Assembly (NCBI GenBank): GCA_002633005.1
Contig: NMRA01000145.1
Location: forward strand, 657,873-721,872
Origin: Phoronis australis
Taxonomy: Eukaryota; Animalia; Phoronida
Length of the DNA: 64,000 nt
Direction of reading: 5' to 3'
Part shown: piece by piece, positions 13,401-24,800 of the stretch
Layout of the letters: each line of letters opens with the position of its first letter
Position numbering within the stretch: position 1 is the stretch's first letter
Program-made: the position numbers and the translations under genes
The notes under the pieces: generated by a model
What the model was told of the DNA's origin: nothing
What the model saw: only the letters and a program-made list of their open reading frames with translations
Database searches by the model: none

Positions 13401-16400
13401 CCAGTTGCTGCACGTGAGTTGCTTCTTTGTTATTACACGTACGTTTATCCTGAACATTTCAGTATTTTTCCTCAGATTCCCTCTTGGAGTTGCACTTGTC
13501 ATACAGGAAATCATGTGACTTTCAAACTGGAAAATGATTGGCCGTATGACTGACGGTCACACACGCGCAGATAACGTTCACGTTCGAAAGAAAATTTGAG
13601 GCTGCCGAAATACCCTACGTGTTCCAAATGATCGTCAATCTTACTTTCATTTATTTGACTGTTTCCCTCACAGAAACAAAAATAGCACTAAAATGGCCTA
13701 AAAATATTTTATTAGCATTTTAATGTTCTTACGAATTGATTCATGTATATTGTGGTGTTTTGGAAATAATGTAATGGTTTTTTGGTACATCTTAAAGCAG
13801 AATAATTACCCTATTGTCCGGGCTGAGTGTGAGCCAGTGTAAGGGCTTCTACAAAGTGGTGTGAAGTTATTTTTGAGGAATTCCATTCATTTTCAGATGT
13901 GGTAACGTTATATACTGATACTTCAAACATAAATACTTTTATATGTGCTAACTGCGAAGCGATACCGAAGCTAATTTACAGTGAAACAACACGTTTAGGT
14001 GAGATAAAAGATCGTATATATTATGACAAACTAAACTACTACAGATATCGGTAATTACAAAAGTTATGTAATATGTTGAACTGTATACATAATTTTAGGC
14101 TGACTGGACGACGTTGCGAGCCGACTTTCCGTCTTTAAACCCAGCTCAACTCCAGCAGCTATTGGGGGAGTATAACTTGGGCAAAGACAAGCCTCGACCG
14201 AGAGGGTGGTTCCCGCCGCCCGAAGAAGTAGAACCGGCTCTGCGAAAAGGTTTGTGTGGAAAAGCCTTACTGCGTCCACTTCATTTTGTTAAGAGATTTG
14301 GGTTATTAGGTTCAACAATTTACGAATATTAGACGCTCTGCTCACACATTAGAGATAGAAAATGGTAGAAGAAATGGTATTCCCGGTGTGAAAGAACTTG
14401 TAACAATTGTAATAAAGGAGAGACTGAGACAGAAGAGCATTGCTCGATTAGTAATGGTAGATTTGAGTAATAGATTCATACCACCCTGCCACGATATCAA
14501 GTCTCTTTTTACCTGGAGAACAGAAAACACTTTTCAAAACTTTTTAATGTATAATATTAAGGGCAACGATGGTCAGAATCGAAATATTAAATCTTTAATG
14601 GTTGTGTACGCGTCTATAAAGTTTGCATATACTATTATGAACTGTGTACCTGTGGTCTCTTGTTCAAATAAAGATATTTTTTGTTTAACGATTTATCGCG
14701 CAAGGCTGATTGTGTGATGGCGTGTCATAAATGTAAATTAAGCGCTGTTGAGGTGATATGGCTATTACCTTGGGACATCTCGTTTCACACTATGTCGACT
14801 GTAGAATATATTGCTTTAATTTTGCGATCCTCATAAAAATTTAAGCCGTGACATTAACCCTTCTGTTTTTCTAGCCATGCTCTGCCGGAACAGAACTCAA
14901 AAGTGCCATTTTGTACTTGATAAACAGCTCCATTCTCATTTTATCTTACTCTGTAGTTGAGCACCTTTGACCGGTCGATGTAACGCACAATATAACATTA
15001 AAGCGATTATAAAAACTCGTTTGATTTAGACTACTTACCGTTATGTAATTGGTTTCATATTGTTCCTTGGTCAAATTAGATATGATTTCAGATCAACCAA
15101 TTAGCTCATTGGACCAACTAAGGTTATTGTTTGAGGCCATCCTGCAGATGGTGGCATGTCACGGCGTGTCATTTTATGTACCGAGTTCCTTTTTGGTGGA
15201 TTCTCAGTTCTTTGCTATCCTAGAAATTATTCCTCGTCTAAGTAAGAGTGGAGATCGATTTCATCGGAGTAAGCATGCTCAAAAGTTAACTTCTTTGACG
15301 GAACGCGAATTAATAGCTGCTGCTGCTATAAAAGATGACCCGCTAAAGCACTTGACCAACCTTTTGACAATTTGTACCGAGCATATCCTTTTAGCGCCAT
15401 CTTCATAGCCCTTGAAAGGTCTCAGTGTAGTTTACATCTGCTACAAACATATTGGCGTTTGTCAAATTGTTGTCCGTCCAAACTCTTTGAGCACCTACAC
15501 TTTTTCGATTTCAGGGGAGATAATGGAAAGTTTTAATAGCCACCCGCCATTGGTTTTGCCTGCGGATGAATTCGTCATGGACCTGAGCATCGATGTCAGT
15601 GACCCAACATTTTACGAATATCTGAATACAGTCAACACTACATACGGGGTTTCGGACGGTAAGTGACGCCAGATGTTTAAGTCACCTGGAACCAGGATCC
15701 ATTCTTTCTACTCGAAGTAGAACTCGAAGCTAGTTTTGTTATTTTCCGTTATGCTTTTGTGCAAACTCAATGTAAGTGTATATTGCTCTGTGCTCGAGCG
15801 CATTCTATCTTTTTTAGTCCATGTTTGGATTTAATGACCATCAAATTCGAGATGAAAACCCGAGCAACTTTTGAGTTCAGACTCGAACTTTTTGCCGCAA
15901 TGCAAGCTATGATTATACAGTTATTTACGAATCCCATTATGCAACCAAGCATAGAATAATGGACACTCATACTGAGATCGCACGAAAGTAGAATAGAAAA
16001 TGTCAAAAATAATTTCGAGTTCGATCTTCGGACCCAGGACAACGCAACATAATTTTGTTTGTCGAATTAAAATAATTGACTAAAAGTAAAAAAGTACATA
16101 ACGGTAAATCAACAATCAGTAGTGAATTGATCCAACTCTGTTTAAGGAATTACGGCAATGATTGTATCAAAATACAACAACACCTTGTGTAGATCGGGTT
16201 CGCTTCCTGTTAAAAAATGATGGTGTGATAAACATTCAAAGATATTCTTCTTATTTTCCAGACGATGGGGACAGTGGACTTTGTGTAGGGCACACGCCCT
16301 CCTCGTCGCCAAAAGCAGAGACGAACAGAATGTCCTACTCTGATGGCGATGACCTTTCTCGAAGCTTTCAAGGAGACAGTTACCAAATTCGCTCTACTAG

Positions 16401-19039
16401 GGACCAGCGCCCCCATCAGAATCGTTCTCAGAAAAATAGTGAAAGTAACGTCCGCAAATTAAACCTAAAAACAATTGAACATGATCAGGTTCGAGAAATC
16501 CCTCCCACTCGCCCACCAAAAAGTTCTCCAGGTCACTCGAAGGAAACATCTGGCGCATTAAGAACGAGGTCACGGCGTTTTTTACACGAGTACGTGAATG
16601 ACATTGATGACGACATACCTTATACAAAGGTGGAGATCCATCGGCAACCTGAGGAAAATGAGATTATAATATCTGAGCCCCCTCGTTTACCCCCAAAACA
16701 AAAGTCAAATTCGCCAGTGGCTCCAAAACCTACAGTTATGCATTCTGGTAGTAGTCCTGATGTTTTAGGTGCAATGAAAACGTCGGCACCAACGGGAAAT
16801 CATAGAACGCGGCAACGATCGCCAACAGAGCCTCCTATTGTGCCGGCGACCTGGGAATCTTTGTACAGTCAGAGGAAGAATCAGAGACCCAGTACAAATA
16901 ACAGACGTCGATCCAGTAGTGAAAATGCCCACAGGCAAACGACGAAAGCGTCAGAGTCCACAATGTCGTCAATGCCGGCAATATCAGTAACTCCGGCGGA
17001 AAGTTCGAGATCAATACCCGTGCTTGGGCCACCGTTAAAGGTTTCCGGAGTTGGAGGCAGACAGAAAGATCACTCGCATTATGTAGACGTTCACTCAGCA
17101 TTGCCAACTTCTCGACACGTGAACGGTTTGAAAGTGATGCCGCTGACTACTGACGACCAACATCCCAAATCACCAGGCCAACTGCGCAAGACAGCGACAC
17201 GTAGTGCCCAGTCACCGAAGTCGAGTTCTGATAGTAGGTTATTTCACATATTGTTTCCATGACAGCTATAGCTTCCAATTTTTAACTACTTACTTTTTCT
17301 ACTCCGTTGTCCAGTACCTCATTCGTTTTCATTCGCCGTAACCAATTAATTCTTGCCATGACGTTTATTTTAGTCTGCGGTTCACACGTTTGTATTTTCC
17401 ATCATGTACTGTCACTTTGCTTTACAAAATGGCACATTCAAACGCAGTTCTCCGTGGAGTTGAAGGATATACAGTAACGTGCTCAACTGAAGTTTCAGGA
17501 TCTAACGACTTGGTGTTACGTCAGATATTTCAGAGCTGGATCAGTACGTACATCGTGAGCTGCAGTTGGCTGACGAGCGGCTCCCATATGATAAAACCCC
17601 TGATGTGTTCGTTGTCGACCTTGCGAAGAACAGCAAAGGACTTGGTTTGGGTCTCATAGATGGAATGGTGAGTGAATTTACAAGGGAAGGTCTTTTGTGT
17701 ATACTGCATTTCCAGAGTTTTTGGTTGTCTCCACCTGAGATACTATATGTTATCTGTGGGGTAGTTCAGTCTCCGTTTACTTGTTCTGATAGCGTTATTT
17801 CACAGATATTTGATTGCGTGAATAAAAATCAACGTTTTTTCAGTTGCAATCGTACGTCTGCTCATCAACGTGCAAAGTGTATGCTTCGGATGTCTTTTGC
17901 CCGGAGCCGTATGAACGAAGTTTTTCGTACACGATGCTTAAAAATTTGGTAAACTGTTTTTACTTGTGATTGTAGTTTACTCCTCTGCGAGCGTCCGGTA
18001 TATATGTGCGGACCCTTGTCCCCGGGGCTCCTGCTCACAAAGACGGTCGACTGAAACTGGGAGACAGGATACTGGCTGTAAATGGAATTAGTCTGGTGGG
18101 CGCTGACTATCAAAGGTAAGTCGAATGTGGCGGCCATTTTGATTTGGTCGGAAATGTTTTCGAAAAGTCTGTTAATCGAGCACAGACTATATTGCTGTAC
18201 CAACTTCCGTTTTACAATTCTGGATGAAAATCAGAATAATGACGTTCTCAAAGTATTTTACATCATTGCCCATGTTTTCGGGGGGGGGGGGGCACTCACT
18301 ATACTTCTGACGGGAATGCAGCAAAATTTAAGAAAAAAATAGGATACGTCTCCATTTAGACATTCAGTGGAATTGAAATAAGAGACTCATTGGCTGGGCG
18401 CTCCCACGTGACCCTTTCGTGGAGTTTTGCTCCAGAAACATTACTCATTTGTAAGGTGAATTTCTATAAGGCTATAGCAACCTTTTCGTAGGGATTCTTG
18501 ATCAGCTATTTTTAACCCATTAATTGTAGTACAGGAATAGATGCCATGTTCAGTAACAAAGTACATCTTTTGAAACCATTGTTTTAAAAATAGCCATATT
18601 ACTAAAACCCTTCTATAAATTTTGGTAGTTGAACCTTTGTAGAGTTCTAAACTCGCAATCCTTTTGTAGGGAATTATAACCTGAAAAGGCACACTTCCCT
18701 ATGGATTTTTTTTGGAAAAGACACTCTTTTTAGGGATTTTTTCTCGGAAAAGGCACCTTTTCGTAAGTGTTAGTGAAAAGTCACCCATTTGGGCGGCGCG
18801 TCCCGTATACCTTTTTAGGAGTACCCTCTGAATTCTTGTTGGAAACGGTGCCATCTGATTTATACTGAGAAAAAAACGACTGCTGTTGCTTATTAATGAG
18901 AGAAAGAGTTAGATCCTTTGCTTGGCTTTTCATTTTCAGTGCAATGAAGCATATACGAGCGGCTGGAGAGAACCTGCGCTTTCTCGTTGCCAAGAGCGAC
19001 AGTACGGTTGCCATGAAAATTACCGCTTCAACGTGCTGA
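1271..19039 (+). CDS. RADIL: RADIL-like Ras-associating and dilute domain protein (RA-RA-FHA-DIL-PDZ); spliced gene model, 5' end not identified
   Basis: join(1271-1466,9385-11240,11894-12187,12477-12696,13241-13413,14099-14249,15515-15658,16262-17233,17534-17667,17976-18115,18940-19039) = 4380 nt, open frame, all introns GT-AG with matching phases. APGILKIFGESVVPGANYKSVLAT (RA), a DIL domain and a terminal PDZ (GLGLGLIDG...DGRLKLGDRILAVNG...LRFLVAKSD) match RADIL as I recall it. Confidence 0.88.
1507..1579. mobile_element. Tiny MITE, family A (CATGGGCG-type TIR, 5-bp TSD)
   Basis: CACGGGCG...CGCCCATA flanked by TTATA on both sides; internal sequence shared with 43615-43711. Confidence 0.7.
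9385..11240 (+). CDS. RADIL: RADIL-like exon: end of RA1, RA2, FHA-like domain, start of DIL region
   Basis: tttgcag acceptor, lies within the 643-aa ORF, TGG|gtaagt donor. Confidence 0.93.
11490..11745. repeat. (TACA)n compound microsatellite
   Basis: Direct reading. Confidence 0.95.
11894..12187 (+). CDS. RADIL: RADIL-like exon (pre-DIL/DIL)
   Basis: ttccag|ERTKDL...IIFWMANGLEMLHF...LEEVVMYTFQQTVYYLTK|gtaacg. Confidence 0.92.
12477..12696 (+). CDS. RADIL: RADIL-like exon (DIL)
   Basis: tttcag|TLYMVL...SQLFCYLFFFTNTSLFNTLMET|gtgagt. Confidence 0.92.
13241..13413 (+). CDS. RADIL: RADIL-like exon (DIL)
   Basis: tttcag|GAGKKYYSWHKAVQIRANLDILESW...INLLATPKHQLLH|gtgagt. Confidence 0.92.
14099..14249 (+). 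CDS. RADIL: RADIL-like exon (DIL end)
   Basis: ttttag|ADWTTLRADFPSLNPAQLQQLLGEY...|gtttgt. Confidence 0.9.
15515..15658 (+). CDS. RADIL: RADIL-like exon
   Basis: tttcag|GEIMESFNSHPPLVLP...|gtaagt; ESFxxHPPLxLP is typical of RADIL. Confidence 0.88.
15685..16038. mobile_element. MITE related to the 29970 family
   Basis: ccaggatcc...actcgaagtagaactcgaa left end and ttcgagttcgatcttcggacccagg right end. Confidence 0.5.
16262..17233 (+). CDS. RADIL: RADIL-like exon: Ser/Pro-rich disordered linker
   Basis: ttccag acceptor within the 366-aa ORF; phase-1 donor A|gtaggt at 17234 inferred from the phase of the next exon. Confidence 0.75.
17534..17667 (+). CDS. RADIL: RADIL-like exon: PDZ start
   Basis: VFVVDLAKNSKGLGLGLIDGM|gtgagt; the acceptor may instead be the in-frame AG giving a start at 17525. 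Confidence 0.85.
17976..18115 (+). CDS. RADIL: RADIL-like exon: PDZ core
   Basis: ttgtag|FTPLRASGIYVRTLVPGAPAHKDGRLKLGDRILAVNGISLVGADYQ|gtaagt (absent from the ORF track). Confidence 0.92.
18279..18830. mobile_element. Probable non-autonomous element in the last RADIL intron
   Basis: GGGGGGCACTC left end, GAGTACCC right end, internal degenerate ccttttcgtagggatt subrepeats. Confidence 0.5.
18940..19039 (+). CDS. RADIL: RADIL-like terminal coding exon: PDZ end
   Basis: tttcag|SAMKHIRAAGENLRFLVAKSDSTVAMKITASTC*; AATAAA at 19116. Confidence 0.9.
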
Positions 19040-19494
19040 CTAACAACTTCCGACAGAGTTCGTCACCTTACGGGAAAAGAGCGATCGAAATGATGTTTTG
19101 CGCGGCTCCAGAGGCAATAAACTCGATTTGAAGCAGAATTTTTTGTGATTTCACATCGTTTTGCCAAAAATCTTTCATTTGAGAGACATTTGTTAGAAAT
19201 GACAGTAGAGGCTAAAATTATTTCTACTTTTATACACATATCGATATGGCTACGTGCTTACCTTCTAACCATGTGCTGAGTGACAACACCTTTACATTTA
19301 TGTTACAACTATCTTTTTGATCTATTATTATGTTATTTATCATTTTTATTACAATACAGAAATCAATGCAGTATAAATGTTTTTGTATTCACAACTGGTC
19401 TGTGCTACCAAGGTAGCAAGTCACTAGTGAAGTATAAAAATCTTAGAAGTACCTTGGTAAAATAGGCGATTATTTATTCAACAGGACTAACTAC

Positions 19495-19524
19495 CCCCCC
19501 TCCTCTATCTATCTCTCTCTCCCT

Positions 19525-19580
<56 letters not shown>
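19495..19580. repeat. (CT)n microsatellite
   Basis: Direct reading. Confidence 0.95.
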
Positions 19581-19581
<1 letters not shown>

Positions 19582-21618
19582 AAGCAGTTTCTAAAGTTTA
19601 AAAGTGGAAATCTATGAACCGTTTTAAAAGTAGTGAACACAAGTCAAGCCGTGTATAGGACAAAATGACGATTACGTCAGTTCAGTTTTTAAATATTTCT
19701 ATTTTGCAAACAAATCTGTATGTATGAAGCATACTTGAAACATGTACTTTTGCACAAATAATAACAGACACAGACATAGCATTTCATTTGAGACATGACC
19801 CAAGACTAGAATTTTAATAGTAAATATTTTCAAAATAGAATGGGTAAACACAGCACAAATAATTGAAACAAAATAGTTTACTACATTGTTACCGTTTACA
19901 CAGCGGAGATGATTGCATCTGCTTTCATTATTTTCGCTTCCCATAGAAAATTTTTGGTGGATCATTTCAAATTGACCCTAAATTAAACAGAGATCAATTT
20001 AATTGAAATTATCACGTAGGAAAATGCCATGTGTTAAATCTTGCTATGTAAATGTTTTTGAAATAACAAAATGTCAGTCAAAATCTGATGACATAAAACT
20101 GACATTAATTTCTGTCACTACAATTTAAGATCGGCATATCACTGGTTTCAAGGAATCATTGAGTTTTAGAAAAATTACGAATTGAAAGTATGCTTTTAAT
20201 GAATGGCTTTAATTTATGTTAAAAAGGAATCACCTCTGCACCCATCAATCACTGATCCATTGTGACCAGCCGCAAACTCAAAACGGCCTTGCACAAATAA
20301 AAAGTGGAGATCATGACGAAATAAAATATAAAACTACACACGCAGACACAATATAAACGCTCCAATAATAACAAAAACTATGCTAATAACAAACTTTTCT
20401 AACAAAACGACAATTAAAATAGCATAGTCTTATCACACACAACGTACGTTTGAAAGACATCATTCAATTGATTCTGGTCAAACTAACACGTACAATACAT
20501 GTATCCTCTGCGTATACATGGTGATGATTTAACTGGAGAGATTATGACTGCCCATGATTCACTCTCCCGGGACAACTGTCAAAAACATCTCTTTGGTTCT
20601 CGATGACCTCTTCTGGCTTACAAGCCAGTGAGATGGCTTAGACTGTTGGTTCCGCTAAACGGGCGGAGTCAATCAAGTGCAGCCAATATGGTCTCGCCAT
20701 GCGGAACTTCCGTCAGACACTTTTGCAGCTCAAGCCTTTGGTGTCTTTATACATTAGATTTAGCAAAAATATAATCTAAGTGTTATTATTGTTCCCATTA
20801 AGAAAGTTAATTAGCTCTATAGATCAATAATGGTTGCACCAAATTGATAATCGAAAGACAGGCACATCATTTATCAAAATAATAGCATTGCCAAAAAGTT
20901 TGCAAAAATATCCACGTTTGAATTGCTAAAAATAACAAATCATAACTTCCGGAAGTTACTGTAAAATAGTTTTCCCAGACAACTTTTAAATCACAACTTA
21001 AATTGTTCCCTGTGAACACCGCTAGAGGGCGCCGAAATTTTCGTGAGAACCACTTAGTCACCAGTGACCAGTAAAGTCAGGCGGCTCTGCAACGTGGGAA
21101 AAACTGTTTTACATGAGGTTGCAAAAGTAATAATTTATAATTTTTCGCATCAAGTTATTCACCTGGGTGAATGATAATATGCGTCACCTAATCCACGTTC
21201 TAGTGGCATCTCATTAACCCTTCAGCATCACAAATTGAGAGAAAATGCAATTTGTTACCAAAGTACATGTGACATTGCTTCCGATTACAGTGTTTTCGGG
21301 AGAGTCGTTTTGTGACTTATATTGAGGCTTTATCAGAGAATATAGCTCTGGATCTATATAACTTTCGGCGTCCGCAACGATGTGTCAGTAGTTTACAAGG
21401 CTGTTGTTCTTTCACAAAAATATGCTGAGTAATTTATTCTTAGCACCGGGGATAATCTATTAAAAGGCAAATACAGTCGCGAAGCCACCATTCACAGCAA
21501 CTAAGCGTAGACAACACAGTTACGGTATACCGTCTTACTTAACAGACAAATCAGTTAAAACTGGCAATACTTTTGCGTATAAAAATAAAAATAAACAATA
21601 AATTAAAGATTTAAATAT

Positions 21619-21834
21619 TTAGGCACTGTTATCGATACTAACGCCAAGTTTAGCATTGTGCCTTCCTAGTAAATACGTGCATACAGCGTACCAATGGAAA
21701 AAGGCTCCAATAAATACGAAGCAGTGCCAGATGGCATGTGCGAAAGGAATATAACCGTCAGATTTGAAGAACACCACACCGGCGATGTAGACTAGGCCTC
21801 CCAAACCCATTTCAAACACTCCCGAGTATTCCTC
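21619..21834 (-). CDS. MMD2: MMD terminal coding exon
   Basis: tttcag|EEYSGVFEMGLGGLVYIAGVVFFKSDGYIPFAHAIWHCFV...*. Confidence 0.95.
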   Translation of the reverse strand, partial: EEYSGVFEMGLGGLVYIAGVVFFKSDGYIPFAHAIWHCFVFIGAFFHWYAVCTYLLGRHNAKLGVSIDNSA

Positions 21835-24800
21835 CTGAAACAGAATAGAAAATCACAGTACTTTTGTATTCTGTATCTTACGTTACTAATACGATGAATG
21901 CCATAAGAGCCCAACTCCACACATTTTCAAAAATGAGGTTTAACAGTAGCTGTGAGAACTGGACAAGCTCTATTTGTGTGCAAGAAGATCCTTAATTAAA
22001 TTCATTCGATGATGTACTTATAACTAGTTTACCAAAAACCAAATCCAGTTGCACGGACTATGACTTATCGATGGCATGGAAGTCATACAAGCTATACGCT
22101 GATCGCTTATATTACCACGAGTGCCCGCAAAAGATTAACCGCAACCTAGTCTCCTGACTGGTCTCTATGATGATAATACAAGAACAGGGATGCGTTCCGC
22201 AAACGCAAGACACTTGCGAGGCACTTGCAACAAGAAACGCAGAATACTATCTCAAAATTCAACATTTTAGCTTCGACGATCAATCACTTTGGTGTCCGTC
22301 ATTTTGCAAGTGTAAGCAAGTAAAATCCCGAAGGCACTCGCGAAACACTTGCCTTTCGACTTAGCGTACATCAGTCTTGCGCTTTACGCTTCCCCCCCCC
22401 CCTTTCCCCCCAAGTGTCTTGCGTCTAAAGAGCGCCCTCTAGGGAGATTTGAATCTTGTGAGTTACAAGCCATATCACCCATATCATATGCGAGATGTCT
22501 CCATATATTATAAATAGATCATCTGGTGAACGTATGTTGTTAGTGCACACCAAAATTAAGGTATTCAGTTTGAAAAAACGTGAAATTTGCAGGGTAAAAT
22601 TGATGATGTGAACAGGATATCAATGGAATACAACACGCTATGAAATGCTGGACAGAGGATAGGCTGTAATCTGGTTGTGCTGTAGTAAATGACTCGCTGT
22701 AGCGACTACAATAATTGAAGACTAATTGAGGGATAAATATTAACATGCCGTTTGTTGTGTGGAAGTCAAAAACATTTTTGGAAGGAATTAGACATCGAAG
22801 AATGCATGCCTCTCATAGCGGAACACTTTCCTACTTCCACAGCTCTCTTCCCATAGCCATGGAAGAATGGTATTTTTAATCAGAGAAACGCAATGACTGA
22901 ACTAAAACCAAACGGCGTGATATCCTGACAGGAAGTTGTCTATCAAAGATGAGTTTGATAGTGGTACGCTAACGAAGTACAGATAGCGGAGATTGAAACG
23001 GGGAATCGTTTACACCACAGTGACTTCTCTCGCCAGACACTTGGTGCGATTTCAGGAGGTTTGGCGTCAGTGAATAATACGGTCACAAAACAATTTCACA
23101 ATAACCTCGCAAAGTTAAAAAAGAGTAAAATAATATTACCATAGCAAAAACGGCCACAGCTGGACATATTCCCATCATTAAGTAAAGTAACGTTTCCAAC
23201 CCTTTGTATCTGAAATAAATAATGAACGTCAAAGCGGCAATAAATCTGCCTTTCATCACAAACAAATAACTTTTGATCTAAAACTACTTATCGTTATGAA
23301 GTAGGTCTCAAATTGCTTCGCTGCCAATTTAAAAGTGCTTTCAGGGCTTCAAAAGAACAGGCAGTCCGTTATTGTTTGAGATCAGGACGACAGGTTGGCT
23401 TGTCACGGCGTGTCATTTCACGTATAAAGCGTAGTTTCAACTAGTAACAAACTGTCTTCATGGCAAACCCATACGTCAGAGTTGAGACAAGTTCTATAGC
23501 TGAAATTTGTCTAAATCAAAAGTTTGCCTCTTGGGGAGAAAGCGCCTTTAGAACCGCTTAATTGAAAGTTTACTTTTGTGCACCACAATAAACCATTATA
23601 ATGTCAAGTTCCTCTATACGAAACTGGAAGCATTTAAATATAAGTGCATAAGCTAAAAAAACAAACATACGACTTTCACTTATGAACCGACACTTAAAAT
23701 GTAAAAAATCTGTCCACCAGGAATTGAGTCAGTATAAATTGATATCGAAACACAATTAAACAGCGAAATGTGCATCGGTCTTTTATTTCACGTTGACGTT
23801 AACATATCCAATTGTTCCGAAACCCATAACTGTCACTGATCAATTTATTCTATTATCCACGTTCATTTCATTTTCCGAAACCTCACCAATATTTCAGCAT
23901 GATAAGCTTACATGTTACCAAATAACAGTTTAGTATCTGTATTGGAGATTAATATGGTTTCGAACAGATTAGAATTGACATTTGTGCGGCTGTGTTAAAC
24001 AGTGTAGTTAATAAATATATGTTAAACTACATGTGCTTTTCAATGGGTGTGATGCCGAGGTTGATGCGTCGTGTGAGTACTTTTATGAAGCCAAAAACAT
24101 AACTATACCACATACTGAAAAGCAAGGTTTCAGAAGTTCTGATGTCACTCGCGTTTTTTTTTCGTGGTTTTTATTTTGCTCGATTCTAGTTGTTGGACTT
24201 CCACTTCGTCAACTTGGTCCCCATATCTCGCCCTAGCTACCCCAAATCTCCTCCAAATCCTGCTTTTAGTCCCCATTCAAATTGGCCAAAGCTGAACCCC
24301 AAATCAAAGTTAGCTTCCCGGCATTTTCGTGGAGTGGCAGGTGAGCAGACGATATTTGAGATTGTAGTATAAACACCTGCTCCCTGGTTTTTGTATTGTA
24401 TGGATTTTTATTTATTGGTCACGTGACTGTGTACAATAACCGTTCACTTGACACGGTTATTGCACGACCGAATCAAGAGGTATGTGGTTTAAAATATCTC
24501 ATAGCGTGACGTCGATAGGAACATGTTTGCAAAGTTCCCGCGGCTTGAAAACACTAGAGCCTCCTAGAGCTTAGATTTGTAGGATTCTACTCATCAAATG
24601 CAGAGTCACGAAAGTTCTAGGTTAAGGGTAACCTGGCTTATAATGTTTGGATAGAGGTTACCTGTTTATTCGTATCTAATGATGAACCGAACTTGTGGCA
24701 GCTTGAAAGGCTACTAAAATGTGATCTTCACAGATAGCAGTCTATACGTTGGCGAATCTGCTTTGGTGAACCGCTATCCCACAATTCCATGTGTACATGC

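Noticed and set aside
1271-19039. Calling the gene afadin/canoe
   Set aside because: RA2, DIL and PDZ motifs are RADIL-type and the ORF stops right after the PDZ with no afadin tail
20603-20634. SECIS-like ATGA...AA...GA hairpin downstream of the RADIL TGA
   Set aside because: ATGA-to-AA spacing and helix length do not fit the SECIS consensus
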